From Candidatus Multivoradales bacterium (GTDB taxonomy: Bacteria; Acidobacteriota; Thermoanaerobaculia; Multivoradales; JAHEKO01), in contig CBDCXM010000009.1 of assembly GCA_965223855.1 (NCBI GenBank), forward strand, positions 800,001 through 864,000: 64,000 bases of DNA. Direction: 5' to 3'. The notes below the pieces were generated by a model that saw only the letters and a list, made by a program, of their open reading frames with translations, had not been told where the DNA came from and made no database searches. The translations under genes were made by a program, and so were the position numbers. Below are positions 47,729 through 57,444 of this stretch, one piece after another. Numbering within the stretch: the stretch's first letter is position 1; every line of letters starts with the position of its first letter.

Positions 47729-48157
47729 TTATGGAACGAACAGCAGTTCGATCGGCCTGAGCAGCTTCCACTGGCTCGGCGGCGGTGGCGGTGGTACGCA
47801 GTCATCTCCCCTGAAGGTGCACTTGTTGCACTCGGCGCCCGGAGGGCATTGCGCAACCAGGTTCAGTTCGTAGACCCAGGCGCCGTTCTCCGTGCGGACG
47901 GTCTTCCCCGACTGGACGACGGTCAGCTCGTCGGCGCTGCCCGGGTCCGGAGCGTCCCCCATCGGGATGACGAGATGAACGACGCCGTCGTCCGTGGCTG
48001 TCAGCTGCAGCCCATCCTGGGTCCACTCTGAGTCGAAGGCGAGCGACTCGACCGGCTTCGAAGGTTGGCTGTCGATCTTCGCAGTGTGGGGGCACGCCAG
48101 CAGAAAGAGCGCCGGGACGAGGGCCAGCAGCAAGGCGTTGCGGGTTCTTGAGGTCAT
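47729..48157 (-). CDS. Small lipoprotein with Cys-rich, poly-Pro C-terminus
   Basis: GGGAGG RBS; ATGA overlap with CHAT gene stop; lipobox LFLLAC; CPPGAECNKC...DCVPPPPPPSQW. Confidence 0.65.
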   Translation of the reverse strand: MTSRTRNALLLALVPALFLLACPHTAKIDSQPSKPVESLAFDSEWTQDGLQLTATDDGVVHLVIPMGDAPDPGSADELTVVQSGKTVRTENGAWVYELNLVAQCPPGAECNKCTFRGDDCVPPPPPPSQWKLLRPIELLFVP

Positions 48158-50460
48158 GAGGTTCCTCCCTTTTGAGTGGAATTGGAATGAAGCGGGCGTG
48201 ATTCGAAGATGCCGAACGGTGCCCAACGGACAGGCTCGACGCCGAGAGCGATCAGCTCGCGCTGCGCCCTGGCGAGGGAACCCGGCGGATCGTCGATGCC
48301 GAGCGAGTAGAAACGCAGGACGAGCTCCCGGGCGGCGGCATCCGGCACGGAGCCGAGGGTGCCGAGCACAGACCGGCTGCCGGCCGCGAGGAAGGCGCCG
48401 GTCATCGATCCCCACAAGCCGTAGCCCTGGCGATCGGCCGACGAGCAGCTGGCGAGGACCACCAGGTCGGCCCGGAGGCTCGAGCGGACGACCTCGTCGG
48501 CGGTCAGCCGTCCGTCCGCGAGCTGGAGCCAGGCGCCGCGAGCGCCCACTCCACCGTGAGTGGCGAAGTGGAGCAGCCCGGCTCCGGCGCTCGCGAGAAC
48601 GGCCTCTCGCCTCGCTTGCGAAGCGACGAGCGCTGAGACGCCGAGGCGCCCGGCGATCTCGGCAGATTCGGTCCTGGCGTCCGGGAGGTCCTGCAGGGGG
48701 TCACCGAAGACTGCGGGAGCTCCGCCGGCGCTCGGGCCGAAGCCGCGAGAAGGCTCGCCCGCGCCGGCCGCCGCAAGACTCGGGGCGTAGGAAAGGACGT
48801 AGCTCTCCACCAGGTAACCGTCGCCGTGACGAAGTGCGGCAAAGGCGAGCGAACCGAGCGAACGGTCGGTCACGATGGTGAGTCGCGACCCGACCGGCGG
48901 CAACGCTTCGGGCGGGAGCAGGGCCCGGGAGAGGGCTCCCGCACCCTCCTCGAGAAACGCCGTCGTCAGCATCTCCTGCAGCGAGTCGGCACCGACTCCG
49001 AGATCGAAGTGCCGCGTTGCGCCGTCGCTGATCGTGACGAGCCAGGTGGTGGCCTCGGTCGAGTAGTAGTGGAGTACGTGCCGACCGGCGAGGCTTTCGA
49101 GGGTCGCCTCGATCTCCGGCCGGTCGACGGTGGCTGAGCGGCGAACCGGTGGCACGAGCTCGCTCAGCGCCGCGAGTCGCTCTCGAGCCTCGCCGGCGAA
49201 GTCGCCGCCGCCGATCGAGGCCGAGGTCGAATCGACGAACGCCTCGACGAAGGCGACCGATCGCGAGCGCTCCGCCACCTCGAGGGCCGCGGCGACCCTG
49301 CCCCGGCGCAGCTCGAGCGAGACGAGCGCCTCGTAGGCCGAGCGGCGATAGTCGACCGTCCAGGCCGCGAGGTCGTCGACGCCGATCTCGCGGCGGAGCG
49401 CCTCGGTCGCCTCGATCGAGCGGCGATAGCTGTCGCCGGCGACGTCGAAGTTTCCGCGTTGCTCCTCGATCTCTCCGTGGAGACGGTGGAGGTCGCGCGA
49501 CCAGCTCGGACCGGGTTGGAGGACGACCGCCTCGGCAATCCTCGCCAGCGCAACCTCCAGGTCACCGTGCTCACGCTGGACCCGGGCCTCGTAGTAGAGG
49601 AGAGCCGGGTTCGCAGGACCGTCCGGGCGGGCGTACCGTTGGGCCTGAGCGAGGTGCTCGGCCGCGCGAGCGACGTCGCCCAGCTCCAGGTTGGCCTTGA
49701 CGAGGTTGAGGTGGTTGGCTCGCCGGAAGTCGGCGTCCTCGGAGCCGAGAGCGAGGGCTCGCTCGTAGTCGCGTCGGGCGATCGCCGGCCTGCCGAGGTT
49801 CATCTGCAGGATCCCGCGATAGACCGCCAGCCGCGCCCGGGTCGCGGCGTCGTCCTCGCGAACGAGACGGTCCGCTTCATCGAGCGCCTCGAGCGCCCGC
49901 TCGCGGTCGCCGACTTCGGTGAGCACCCGTGCCAGCGCCTCGGCGGCGCGCAGGGTCGCCTCGTCGTTGCCCGCCAACGTGGCATGGCGGTAGCTCTCGA
50001 CGGCGAACTCGAGTGCGGTGCGCAGATCGTCGTCCGGCCTCGCTGAAGCGAAGTAGAAGCCGCGGTAGGCGGCGAGCGCCGCGCCGTCGTCGTCCTGCCG
50101 GCCTCGGAACAGCTCGAACTGCCGCCGCGCCGCCTCGCCGGCCTCGTCGAGTCGGCCCTGCCGCCAGCGGATCATCGCGACCTGCGTGAGCGCCTCCGCT
50201 TCCCGAGCGGTCCCTGCGACCTCGCCGAACCAGGAGAGCGCCTCGTCGTCGTTGCCCAGTTCGTAGTGGGCGCGCACGAGTGCCGCCGCGGAGGCCGGAT
50301 CACTTTTCTGGTCCCAGGCTGCTCGGCAGGTCGTCAAGGCGTTGTTCCAGTCGCTCGCTTCGATCGAGGCGTGACAGGGGCCGGCCTCCTCGCCGCCGGG
50401 CTTCTCGCCGACACACGCCGCGAGGATCGCGACGAACAGGAACGTCCGCAGTGTCCTCAT
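48154..50460 (-). CDS. TPR + CHAT (caspase-like) domain protein with lipoprotein signal
   Basis: MRTLRTFLFVAILAAC lipobox; TPR helices; ALEVAERSRS; LHFATHG (His) and LVVLASCSSA (Cys); AFLAAGSRSVLGTL, FY, LARAQR, WAPF. Confidence 0.88.
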   Translation of the reverse strand: MRTLRTFLFVAILAACVGEKPGGEEAGPCHASIEASDWNNALTTCRAAWDQKSDPASAAALVRAHYELGNDDEALSWFGEVAGTAREAEALTQVAMIRWRQGRLDEAGEAARRQFELFRGRQDDDGAALAAYRGFYFASARPDDDLRTALEFAVESYRHATLAGNDEATLRAAEALARVLTEVGDRERALEALDEADRLVREDDAATRARLAVYRGILQMNLGRPAIARRDYERALALGSEDADFRRANHLNLVKANLELGDVARAAEHLAQAQRYARPDGPANPALLYYEARVQREHGDLEVALARIAEAVVLQPGPSWSRDLHRLHGEIEEQRGNFDVAGDSYRRSIEATEALRREIGVDDLAAWTVDYRRSAYEALVSLELRRGRVAAALEVAERSRSVAFVEAFVDSTSASIGGGDFAGEARERLAALSELVPPVRRSATVDRPEIEATLESLAGRHVLHYYSTEATTWLVTISDGATRHFDLGVGADSLQEMLTTAFLEEGAGALSRALLPPEALPPVGSRLTIVTDRSLGSLAFAALRHGDGYLVESYVLSYAPSLAAAGAGEPSRGFGPSAGGAPAVFGDPLQDLPDARTESAEIAGRLGVSALVASQARREAVLASAGAGLLHFATHGGVGARGAWLQLADGRLTADEVVRSSLRADLVVLASCSSADRQGYGLWGSMTGAFLAAGSRSVLGTLGSVPDAAARELVLRFYSLGIDDPPGSLARAQRELIALGVEPVRWAPFGIFESRPLHSNSTQKGGTS

Positions 50461-50708
50461 CCGGACGGCGGCGGTGAGTCGGGCCGACTCCCGTTGGTAG
50501 TGGCGCCTCGGCACGCCGCGAGACAACACGAACGGACGCAGAGGTCTCCGGACGCCCGGGTCCTGCTGCCGGGCGGCTCCATGCGTCGGTGACCCCGATC
50601 GCGAAGGGAGAGAAACCCAACCAACTCAAACATTCCAGAACTCCGAGGAAACGCGATGTGCCGGCAGGCTAGCAGCTGCGGGCTGTGGCATCATCGCCGT
50701 CTGTCGCC

Positions 50709-51896
50709 ATGGCCACCGATCGCATCCTCGTCGTCGGCGCCGGAGTGTTCGGCCTCGCAGCGGCGCTCGAGCTCGACCGGCGCGGCTATCGGGTCGAGGT
50801 CCTCGAGGCGGGGACGGTGCCCCATCCACTCGCCGGCGGCACTGACATCAGCAAGGTGTGCCGCATGGAGTACGGCGCCGACGAGGGCTACATGGCGTGG
50901 ATGGAGGAGGCGCGCGAGGGGTGGCTCGAGTTCAACGCCGAGTGCCGTCGCGCGGGGCGCGACGAGCTCTACCACGAGACGGGGGTGCTGATGGTCAGCC
51001 TCGACCCGATGGCGCCCGGTCGCTTCGAGCACGAGAGCTACCGGAGCCTGCTGCGTCGCGGCCACTCCCCGGAGCGCCTCGACGGTGCCGAGCTGGCGCG
51101 ACGCTTCCCGGCATGGAGCAAGCAGTTCGTCGACGGCTTCTATCACTCCAAGGGGGGCTGGGCGGAGAGCGGGCGGGTTGCCGAGGAGCTGGCGCGGCGG
51201 GCGCGCGAGCGCGGGATCGAGCTGCGCGAGGAGACGCCGGTGGAGGCGATCCTCGACGGCGGTGTGCGGATCGCCGGGGGCGAGGAGGTGCGGGCCGAAC
51301 GCGTCGTCGTCGCCGCCGGATCGTGGACCGGCGAGCTCCTGCCGCATCTCGCGCCCGCCCTGCGACGCTCCTACCACCCGGTCTGGCACTTGCGGGTCGA
51401 AGACGCCGACCTCTTCGCCCCCGAGCGGTTCCCGGTCTTCACCGCCGACGTCAACCGCACCGGCTTCTACGGCTTTCCGCTCCACCCGCTGGCCGGCGTC
51501 GTCAAGGTGGCGCACCACGGGCCGGCGGTCGAGCCGGGGCCCGACGGCGAGCTGGTGGCGACGCCGGAGCACACGGCGCAGTTCCGGCGCTTCCTCGAAG
51601 AGCGGATGCCCGCCCTTGCGGGCGCCGAGATCGTTTCCACCCGGTTGTGCCCGTACTGCGACAGCCAGGACGAAGACTTCTGGATCACGGCCGACCCGGA
51701 TCGGCCCGCCGTCGTCGTCGCGAGCGGCGGCAGCGGGCACGGCTTCAAGTTCACTCCGGTGCTCGGGGCGGTGATCGCCGACGCGGTCGAGGGCCGTGAG
51801 CATCCGATGCTCCCGCGCTTCGGCTGGCGCCCCGAGCTGCGACTCGAGCACGGCAACGAGGCGTCGCGCTGCCACGATGCGGGATCTCTCGGCTGA
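50709..51896 (+). CDS. FAD-dependent oxidoreductase (sarcosine oxidase / fructosyl-amino-acid oxidase family)
   Basis: VVGAGVFG, TDISKVCRMEYG, AAGSW, FYGFP, RLCPY.D..D.DF.I, GGSGHGFKF.P. Confidence 0.85.
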   Translation: MATDRILVVGAGVFGLAAALELDRRGYRVEVLEAGTVPHPLAGGTDISKVCRMEYGADEGYMAWMEEAREGWLEFNAECRRAGRDELYHETGVLMVSLDPMAPGRFEHESYRSLLRRGHSPERLDGAELARRFPAWSKQFVDGFYHSKGGWAESGRVAEELARRARERGIELREETPVEAILDGGVRIAGGEEVRAERVVVAAGSWTGELLPHLAPALRRSYHPVWHLRVEDADLFAPERFPVFTADVNRTGFYGFPLHPLAGVVKVAHHGPAVEPGPDGELVATPEHTAQFRRFLEERMPALAGAEIVSTRLCPYCDSQDEDFWITADPDRPAVVVASGGSGHGFKFTPVLGAVIADAVEGREHPMLPRFGWRPELRLEHGNEASRCHDAGSLG

Positions 51897-51918
51897 ATCG
51901 CGTCTGGATGAGGAGAGC

Positions 51919-53793
51919 ATGACACCGACCACCGAGACCAGCGCGCAGGGAACCACGGAGCTCGACGCCACCATCCGGCGCGTCTGGGGCTTCGACGAGC
52001 TCCTGCCGCTCCAGGGGCAGGCGATGGCGGCGGTGCTCGCCGGTCGCGACAGCCTGCTGGTGCTGCCGACGGGCGGCGGCAAGTCGTTGTGCTTCCAGGC
52101 GCCGGCGCTGGTGCGGCCGGGGCTCGCGGTGGTGGTCTCGCCGCTGATCTCGCTGATGAAGGACCAGGTCGACGGACTGGTCGCCAACGGTGTCGCGGCG
52201 GCCGCCTACAACTCGAGCCTCGAGCCCGGCGAGCAGCGCTCCGTGGAGGCGGCGCTGGCTGCGGGCGAGCTGTCGCTGCTCTACGTGGCCCCCGAGCGAC
52301 TCGCCGGGGAGGGGGCGGACGCCTTCCTCGAGCGCCTCGAAAACGCCGGCGTGTCGTTCTTCGCTATCGACGAGGCGCATTGCATCAGTCAGTGGGGGCA
52401 CGCCTTCCGGCCGGAGTACCGGCTTCTCGGCGCCCTGCGTGAGCGCTTCCCCGAGGCGTCGATGCACGGCTACACGGCGACGGCGACGCCGCGCGTGCGC
52501 ACCGACATCTGCGATCAGCTCGGGCTCGAGAATCCCGAAGTGCTCGTCGGCTCGTTCGACCGGCCGAATCTGACCTATCGGGTGTTTCGGCGATCCGACC
52601 TCAACCGCCGGCTGCGCGCGCTGATCGATCGCCACCCCGGCGAGGGGGGCATCGTCTACTGCAACTCCCGCAAGCAGGTCGAGCGCCTCGCCGCGTCGCT
52701 GGCGAAGTCGGGGGTGAGCGCCCTGCCCTACCACGCCGGTCTCGACAGCGGGACCCGGCATCGGCACCAGGAGGCATTCAGTCGCGAGGAGGTCGACGTC
52801 GTCGTGGCGACCGTAGCCTTCGGCATGGGGATCGACCGCTCGAACGTCCGCTTCGTCGCCCACGCCGGGGCGCCGCGCTCGATCGAGCACTACCAGCAGG
52901 AGACCGGCCGTGCGGGCCGCGACGGCCTGCCGGCGGAGTGCGTGCTCTTCTACTCGCCGGCCGACTTCGCCAACTGGAGGCGGCTACTCGAGTCGAGCGA
53001 GGAGTGGTCGGATCAGGCGCGCCGGCTGATGGCGGCGATGCAGCGCTTCGCCGGCGCCACCCGCTGCCGTCACCGGGCGCTCCTCGAGTACTTCGGCGAG
53101 CGCTACGAGGCCGATTCGTGCGACGCATGCGACTGGTGTCTCGGCGAGCTCGAGCTCGCCGACGAACCGGTCGTGCTGGCGCAGAAGATCCTCTCCTGCG
53201 TGCTGCGGCTCGAGGAGCGGTGGGGGGTCGTGCGGGTGGTCGACGTGCTGCGTGGTCGTGCCACCGAGGCGATCGAGCGCGCCGGCCACGACCGGCTCTC
53301 GACCTTCGGCCTGCTCGAAGAGCTGTCGGTCGGCGAGCTGCGCGGCTACATCGACCAGCTTCTCGACCAGGGGTTCCTGCTCCAGACCGGCGGCGAGTAC
53401 CCGGTCGTCAAACTCACCGCCGAGGGCGCCCAGCTGCTGCGTGGCAACCTCGAGTGCCGCCTCTACTACCAGCCGCGACCGAAGCCGGCGACGAGGAAGA
53501 AGGGGGAGACGGGCGGCGCCGACTGGGAAGGGGTCGACATGGCGCTCTTCGAGCGCCTTCGCGAGCTGCGGCTCGAGATCTCGCGCGAGCGCTCGGTGCC
53601 GCCGTACGTGGTCTTTCACGACAGCGTGTTGCGGGATCTAGCCCGCTACCGCCCGTCTTCGCGAGCCGAACTCGAGGAGATCAAGGGAGTCGGCGAGAAG
53701 AAGGCGGCTGACCTCGGTCCGCGCTTCCTCGCGGCGGTCGCGGAGCATGCGGCGCTCGAGGTCGAACGCGAACGCGAGGTCGTCACGGAGTGA
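51919..53793 (+). CDS. recQ: ATP-dependent DNA helicase RecQ
   Basis: LPTGGGKSLCFQ, SPLISLMKDQV, IDEAHCISQWGH.FRPEY, TATA, ATVAFGMGID, QETGRAGRDG, Zn module CRH..CDACDWC, RQC, HRDC (VPPYVVFHD). Confidence 0.96.
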   Translation: MTPTTETSAQGTTELDATIRRVWGFDELLPLQGQAMAAVLAGRDSLLVLPTGGGKSLCFQAPALVRPGLAVVVSPLISLMKDQVDGLVANGVAAAAYNSSLEPGEQRSVEAALAAGELSLLYVAPERLAGEGADAFLERLENAGVSFFAIDEAHCISQWGHAFRPEYRLLGALRERFPEASMHGYTATATPRVRTDICDQLGLENPEVLVGSFDRPNLTYRVFRRSDLNRRLRALIDRHPGEGGIVYCNSRKQVERLAASLAKSGVSALPYHAGLDSGTRHRHQEAFSREEVDVVVATVAFGMGIDRSNVRFVAHAGAPRSIEHYQQETGRAGRDGLPAECVLFYSPADFANWRRLLESSEEWSDQARRLMAAMQRFAGATRCRHRALLEYFGERYEADSCDACDWCLGELELADEPVVLAQKILSCVLRLEERWGVVRVVDVLRGRATEAIERAGHDRLSTFGLLEELSVGELRGYIDQLLDQGFLLQTGGEYPVVKLTAEGAQLLRGNLECRLYYQPRPKPATRKKGETGGADWEGVDMALFERLRELRLEISRERSVPPYVVFHDSVLRDLARYRPSSRAELEEIKGVGEKKAADLGPRFLAAVAEHAALEVEREREVVTE

Positions 53794-55001
53794 GAGCGGC
53801 AGGAGGGGCCTTTCTGTGGGTACTGGCAGCCGCGATCGCCGCCGGCTGCCAGCCGCCGCCGGCCAGCGATGGCCCGGAGCCGCGGCCGGAACCGCAGCCA
53901 CCCGAGACCGCCACCGAGGCGCTGCGGCCGGTCGCCGACCGGCTCTTCCGGGAGCTGATCGACGACGGCGACGCCGCGAGCCTGCGTCTGGCGCTGGCGC
54001 GGAACGTCGAGTGGCTCGAGCGCCAACCCGCCGAGCGCGAGCTCGAGTTCGGGCCGCGGCGTGTCACCGTCGAGCGAATGGCGGCGGCGCTCTCGCGCTT
54101 CGACGCCTGGTGGACCGAAGGGGGCGACGTCGCCTCGCGCCTGGCCGAGGAGTTCGAGCTCTTCGTCAACGTCGGCGACGGCGCGAGCGAGGTGCTCGTC
54201 ACCGGCTACTACGAGCCGCTCATCCCCGGCAGCCGGCGAAGGACGGCGGAGTACGACGTGCCGGTCTACGGGCCGCCCGACGATCTCTTCAGCATCGACC
54301 TCGGCGACTTCCGCGACGAGTGGCAGGGGCGCAGGGTCACGGGGCTCCTGAGCGGCCGCCGACTCCTCCCCTATCCGGATCGACGCGAAATCCGCGAGAC
54401 CGCGCGGCTGGCGGGGCGCGAGATCGCCTGGGCGCGCGACCCGGTCGATCTCTTCTTCGTCGAGGTCCAGGGGAGCGGCGCCCTCGCTTTCGAGGACGGC
54501 AGCGAAATGCGGATCGGCTACGCCGGCGCCAACGGCCGCGAGTACAGGAGCATCGGCAGGCTGCTGATCGACGAGGGTGAGATCCCGCGCGAGCGAATGT
54601 CGATGCAGGCGCTACGCTCCTGGCTGGCTGCGCACCCGGACGAAATCGAACGGGTGCTCGACTACAACACCTCGCAGGTGTTCTTCCGCCGCCTCGACGG
54701 TCCGCCGGTCGGCAACCTCGGCGTGCCGGTGACCGCCGGTCGCTCGATCGCCGTCGATCAGAAGCTGCTGCCGCCCGGCGCGCTCGGCTTCCTGCTGACC
54801 GAGATCCCCGGCGTCGGCCCCACCGGCGACACCGTCGCCGTCGGCGAACTCCGCCGCTTCGTGCTGAGCCAGGACACCGGCGGCGCGATCAGGGGCGCCG
54901 ACCGGGTCGACTTCTTCTGGGGCCGCGGCGAGGAGGCGGCGCTGCGCGCCGGGCTGATGAAGCAGCCCGGCCGGCTCTACCTGCTGGTGCCGCGCGGCTG
55001 A
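53790..55001 (+). CDS. mltA: Membrane-bound lytic murein transglycosylase A
   Basis: Lipobox IAAGC; TGYYEP, FFVEVQGSG, YAGANG..Y.SIGR, RSIAVD, QDTGGAIRG..RVDFFWG.G. Confidence 0.92.
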   Translation: MRAAGGAFLWVLAAAIAAGCQPPPASDGPEPRPEPQPPETATEALRPVADRLFRELIDDGDAASLRLALARNVEWLERQPAERELEFGPRRVTVERMAAALSRFDAWWTEGGDVASRLAEEFELFVNVGDGASEVLVTGYYEPLIPGSRRRTAEYDVPVYGPPDDLFSIDLGDFRDEWQGRRVTGLLSGRRLLPYPDRREIRETARLAGREIAWARDPVDLFFVEVQGSGALAFEDGSEMRIGYAGANGREYRSIGRLLIDEGEIPRERMSMQALRSWLAAHPDEIERVLDYNTSQVFFRRLDGPPVGNLGVPVTAGRSIAVDQKLLPPGALGFLLTEIPGVGPTGDTVAVGELRRFVLSQDTGGAIRGADRVDFFWGRGEEAALRAGLMKQPGRLYLLVPRG

Positions 55002-55037
55002 CCCCGCCTGCGCCCGGTGCGAGCGGGGTCAGCACAC

Positions 55038-57434
55038 TCACGGCACGGTGTTGGACCAGGCCGAGGTGTTCCCCGACTCGAAGCCGTCGGCGAAGATGAA
55101 GAGGTCGAGCTCGACCCTCCAGATCCCGCGCCCTTGGCTGCCGATGTAGGCCGCCACCGTCGTGCCGTCCTCGACGTCGAAGTAGGCGTAGCGCGGTCGC
55201 GGCAGGTGAGGCACGCCGGAAGTGTCCGAAGTGAACGGGTCCGTGATGAGCTCCCACGATTCGCCGTCGTCGGTGCTCAGGAAGACGCCGGAGTTCTTCC
55301 CCCCGGCCATGGCGATCGAGCTGTTGGGGTCGAGGGCCACGAAGCTCGGTTGCCAGTAGCCGAAGAAGCCGGTGAAGTCGCTCGGCCCGCGAGTGCTGCG
55401 CCCGACGATGTCGCCGCCTGCGTTCATCAGCGTGTCGAGCTCCGGCATGGCGATCCAGGTGTCGCCGCCGTCCTCAGAGCGGAACATGGAGCTGCCGCTT
55501 CCCGTCAATCCCGAAGCCATCAGGCGGTCCGGGTCGGACGGGTCGACGCCTACGACACCGAAGCCGCCGGACGGCAGCGACACCTCGGTCCAGCTGCCTG
55601 CCGGGCTGGTGCCGCGGAAGCGGTAAAGGCGGTCGTTGGTACCGGTGCTGCCGCAACTCCCGGTCTGGAGATAGAAGGTCGGTGTGCCGCCGTTGCCGCC
55701 GTAGAGCCCGCACCAGGTGCCGACCGGCTCGGTCGCATCGCCGAGTTCGGTCCAGGTGGTCGGTGTAGCGGTGATGTCACTGGTGATGTAGAGGCCGCCG
55801 TCGGCGCCGGGGCAACCCCCGCTGCCCGGCGTGCAGTTGACCGTGAACATCGCCCACGAATCGGGGGCGTAGTTGACGAAGGAGTCGGGGTATTCGAACG
55901 CCTTGAGGAGACCGGTCGGGGGGTAGAAGAGCTGCGAGATGCCGCTGAAGCCGGGACCGCCACGGAAGGCGCGGGTCGCGCGCCCTCCACCGCCGAAGCA
56001 GCAGATCGTGTAGATCGAGGTCGAGGAGTCGGCGCTGGTGTCGAAACCGTCGCAACAGATCTCGTTGTGCCAGGTCGGCTCCGCGGCGCCCGCGTCGGTA
56101 GTGGCAAAAAGACCATTGTCCTGAAGCCCGAAGTAGAGATCTTCGGAGGTCGCGCCGGGCTGATTGGCGCCTGACACCGACCACGGCCAGATACCGTGGG
56201 GGGTCACGTCGGGCTGCTCCCAGTCGGGGTTGTGACAGTCGGAAGTGGTGTCGGTGTTCCAGTAGACCCCGCCGTCCGAAGAGAACAGGACCGGGCAGGC
56301 GTCGATGCCGACCTCGGAGTCGAAGAGGATGGCGCCGGTGTCGTCGTGTCCGCCGACGGCGCGGGTGAAGGGACCCTCCCACGCCGGGGTGTTCCCGGTG
56401 CCGCAGCGGGGTGCGCCGCCCGACGAGCTGCCGCTGGTGCACTGCACGCGGAACAGAGAGACGTCGCCGAACCACAGGTCGAAGACATCGATCGGGAGCC
56501 CCTCCGACCCTTCGGTCAGATCGGAGCGATCGTTGGTCGCGACGAAAGGAATCCGCCCCTGTGGTGTCAGGTTGGTCCTCGTCTGGGTCCAGGTCGGCGT
56601 CGGGTCGTTGGCGTTGGTGGTCTCGTAGATCGACGTTCCGGAGACGGCCAGCAGCACGTATGGCTCGTCGGGAGAGACCGCAAGCGAGCAGAAGCCGGAG
56701 GCGAGGCCGGAGCCGGCCACCCAGGAGGCGCCGCCGTCGTCAGAGCGCAGATGGCCGTCGTCACCGCAGACGTGGACGACGCCACCTCCGATGGCCACCA
56801 CATCCCAGATGCGGGTGCCGCTGCCGGCCGGAGCCGTCGGATCGCGGTAGGTCCAGGTGACGCCGGAGTCGTTGCTCACCGCAAGGCCGCAGCTGGTGCC
56901 GATGAAGACGTTGGCACTGTTGGTCGGGTCCATCGCGATGCCGTGGGCGGCACGCTCGTCTTCATCGGTCGAGTTCGAGCAGAAGCCGCTCGGCGGTACG
57001 GCGGTGGCGGGCTGCGCCCATGTGATCCCGCCGTCGTTGCTCACGTTGATCCCAGCCGTCGACGCCACCTTGCCGTCGAAGAACGAGGTGGCATAGATGC
57101 GCGTCGGCGTCGCCGGGTCGATCTCGACATCCCAGGTCGCGAGCGGCAGATGCCCCTCGTGGAACGCCCAGTTGAGACCGGCGTCGGTGGTGCTGTAGAT
57201 GCCGCCCCATTCGCTGGCGGCGAACATGATGTCGTTGTCCGACGGGTGGATGGACAGGCCGTTGACGCGCCCGCCGGTGGCACCGTCCGGATCGAGGTTG
57301 TCGGTGTCGGAGTTGTCGGGGCTCACGTCCTCGAAGGTGAGGCTGCCGCCGAGCGCGTCGGCCTTGAGGCTCGAGGGCAAGGCGAACAGGGAGAGGACGA
57401 GAGCGGCGGTGAGGAATCTCGAGTCAGGTTTCAT
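55038..57434 (-). CDS. Secreted BNR/Asp-box beta-propeller protein with IFADGFESG tail
   Basis: Signal peptide; GGRVNGL; repeated S.D.G.TW Asp boxes; GLQDNG; GRGIW; ends FIFADGFESGNTSAWSNTVP. Confidence 0.85.
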   Translation of the reverse strand: MKPDSRFLTAALVLSLFALPSSLKADALGGSLTFEDVSPDNSDTDNLDPDGATGGRVNGLSIHPSDNDIMFAASEWGGIYSTTDAGLNWAFHEGHLPLATWDVEIDPATPTRIYATSFFDGKVASTAGINVSNDGGITWAQPATAVPPSGFCSNSTDEDERAAHGIAMDPTNSANVFIGTSCGLAVSNDSGVTWTYRDPTAPAGSGTRIWDVVAIGGGVVHVCGDDGHLRSDDGGASWVAGSGLASGFCSLAVSPDEPYVLLAVSGTSIYETTNANDPTPTWTQTRTNLTPQGRIPFVATNDRSDLTEGSEGLPIDVFDLWFGDVSLFRVQCTSGSSSGGAPRCGTGNTPAWEGPFTRAVGGHDDTGAILFDSEVGIDACPVLFSSDGGVYWNTDTTSDCHNPDWEQPDVTPHGIWPWSVSGANQPGATSEDLYFGLQDNGLFATTDAGAAEPTWHNEICCDGFDTSADSSTSIYTICCFGGGGRATRAFRGGPGFSGISQLFYPPTGLLKAFEYPDSFVNYAPDSWAMFTVNCTPGSGGCPGADGGLYITSDITATPTTWTELGDATEPVGTWCGLYGGNGGTPTFYLQTGSCGSTGTNDRLYRFRGTSPAGSWTEVSLPSGGFGVVGVDPSDPDRLMASGLTGSGSSMFRSEDGGDTWIAMPELDTLMNAGGDIVGRSTRGPSDFTGFFGYWQPSFVALDPNSSIAMAGGKNSGVFLSTDDGESWELITDPFTSDTSGVPHLPRPRYAYFDVEDGTTVAAYIGSQGRGIWRVELDLFIFADGFESGNTSAWSNTVP

Positions 57435-57444
57435 CGTCATCTCC

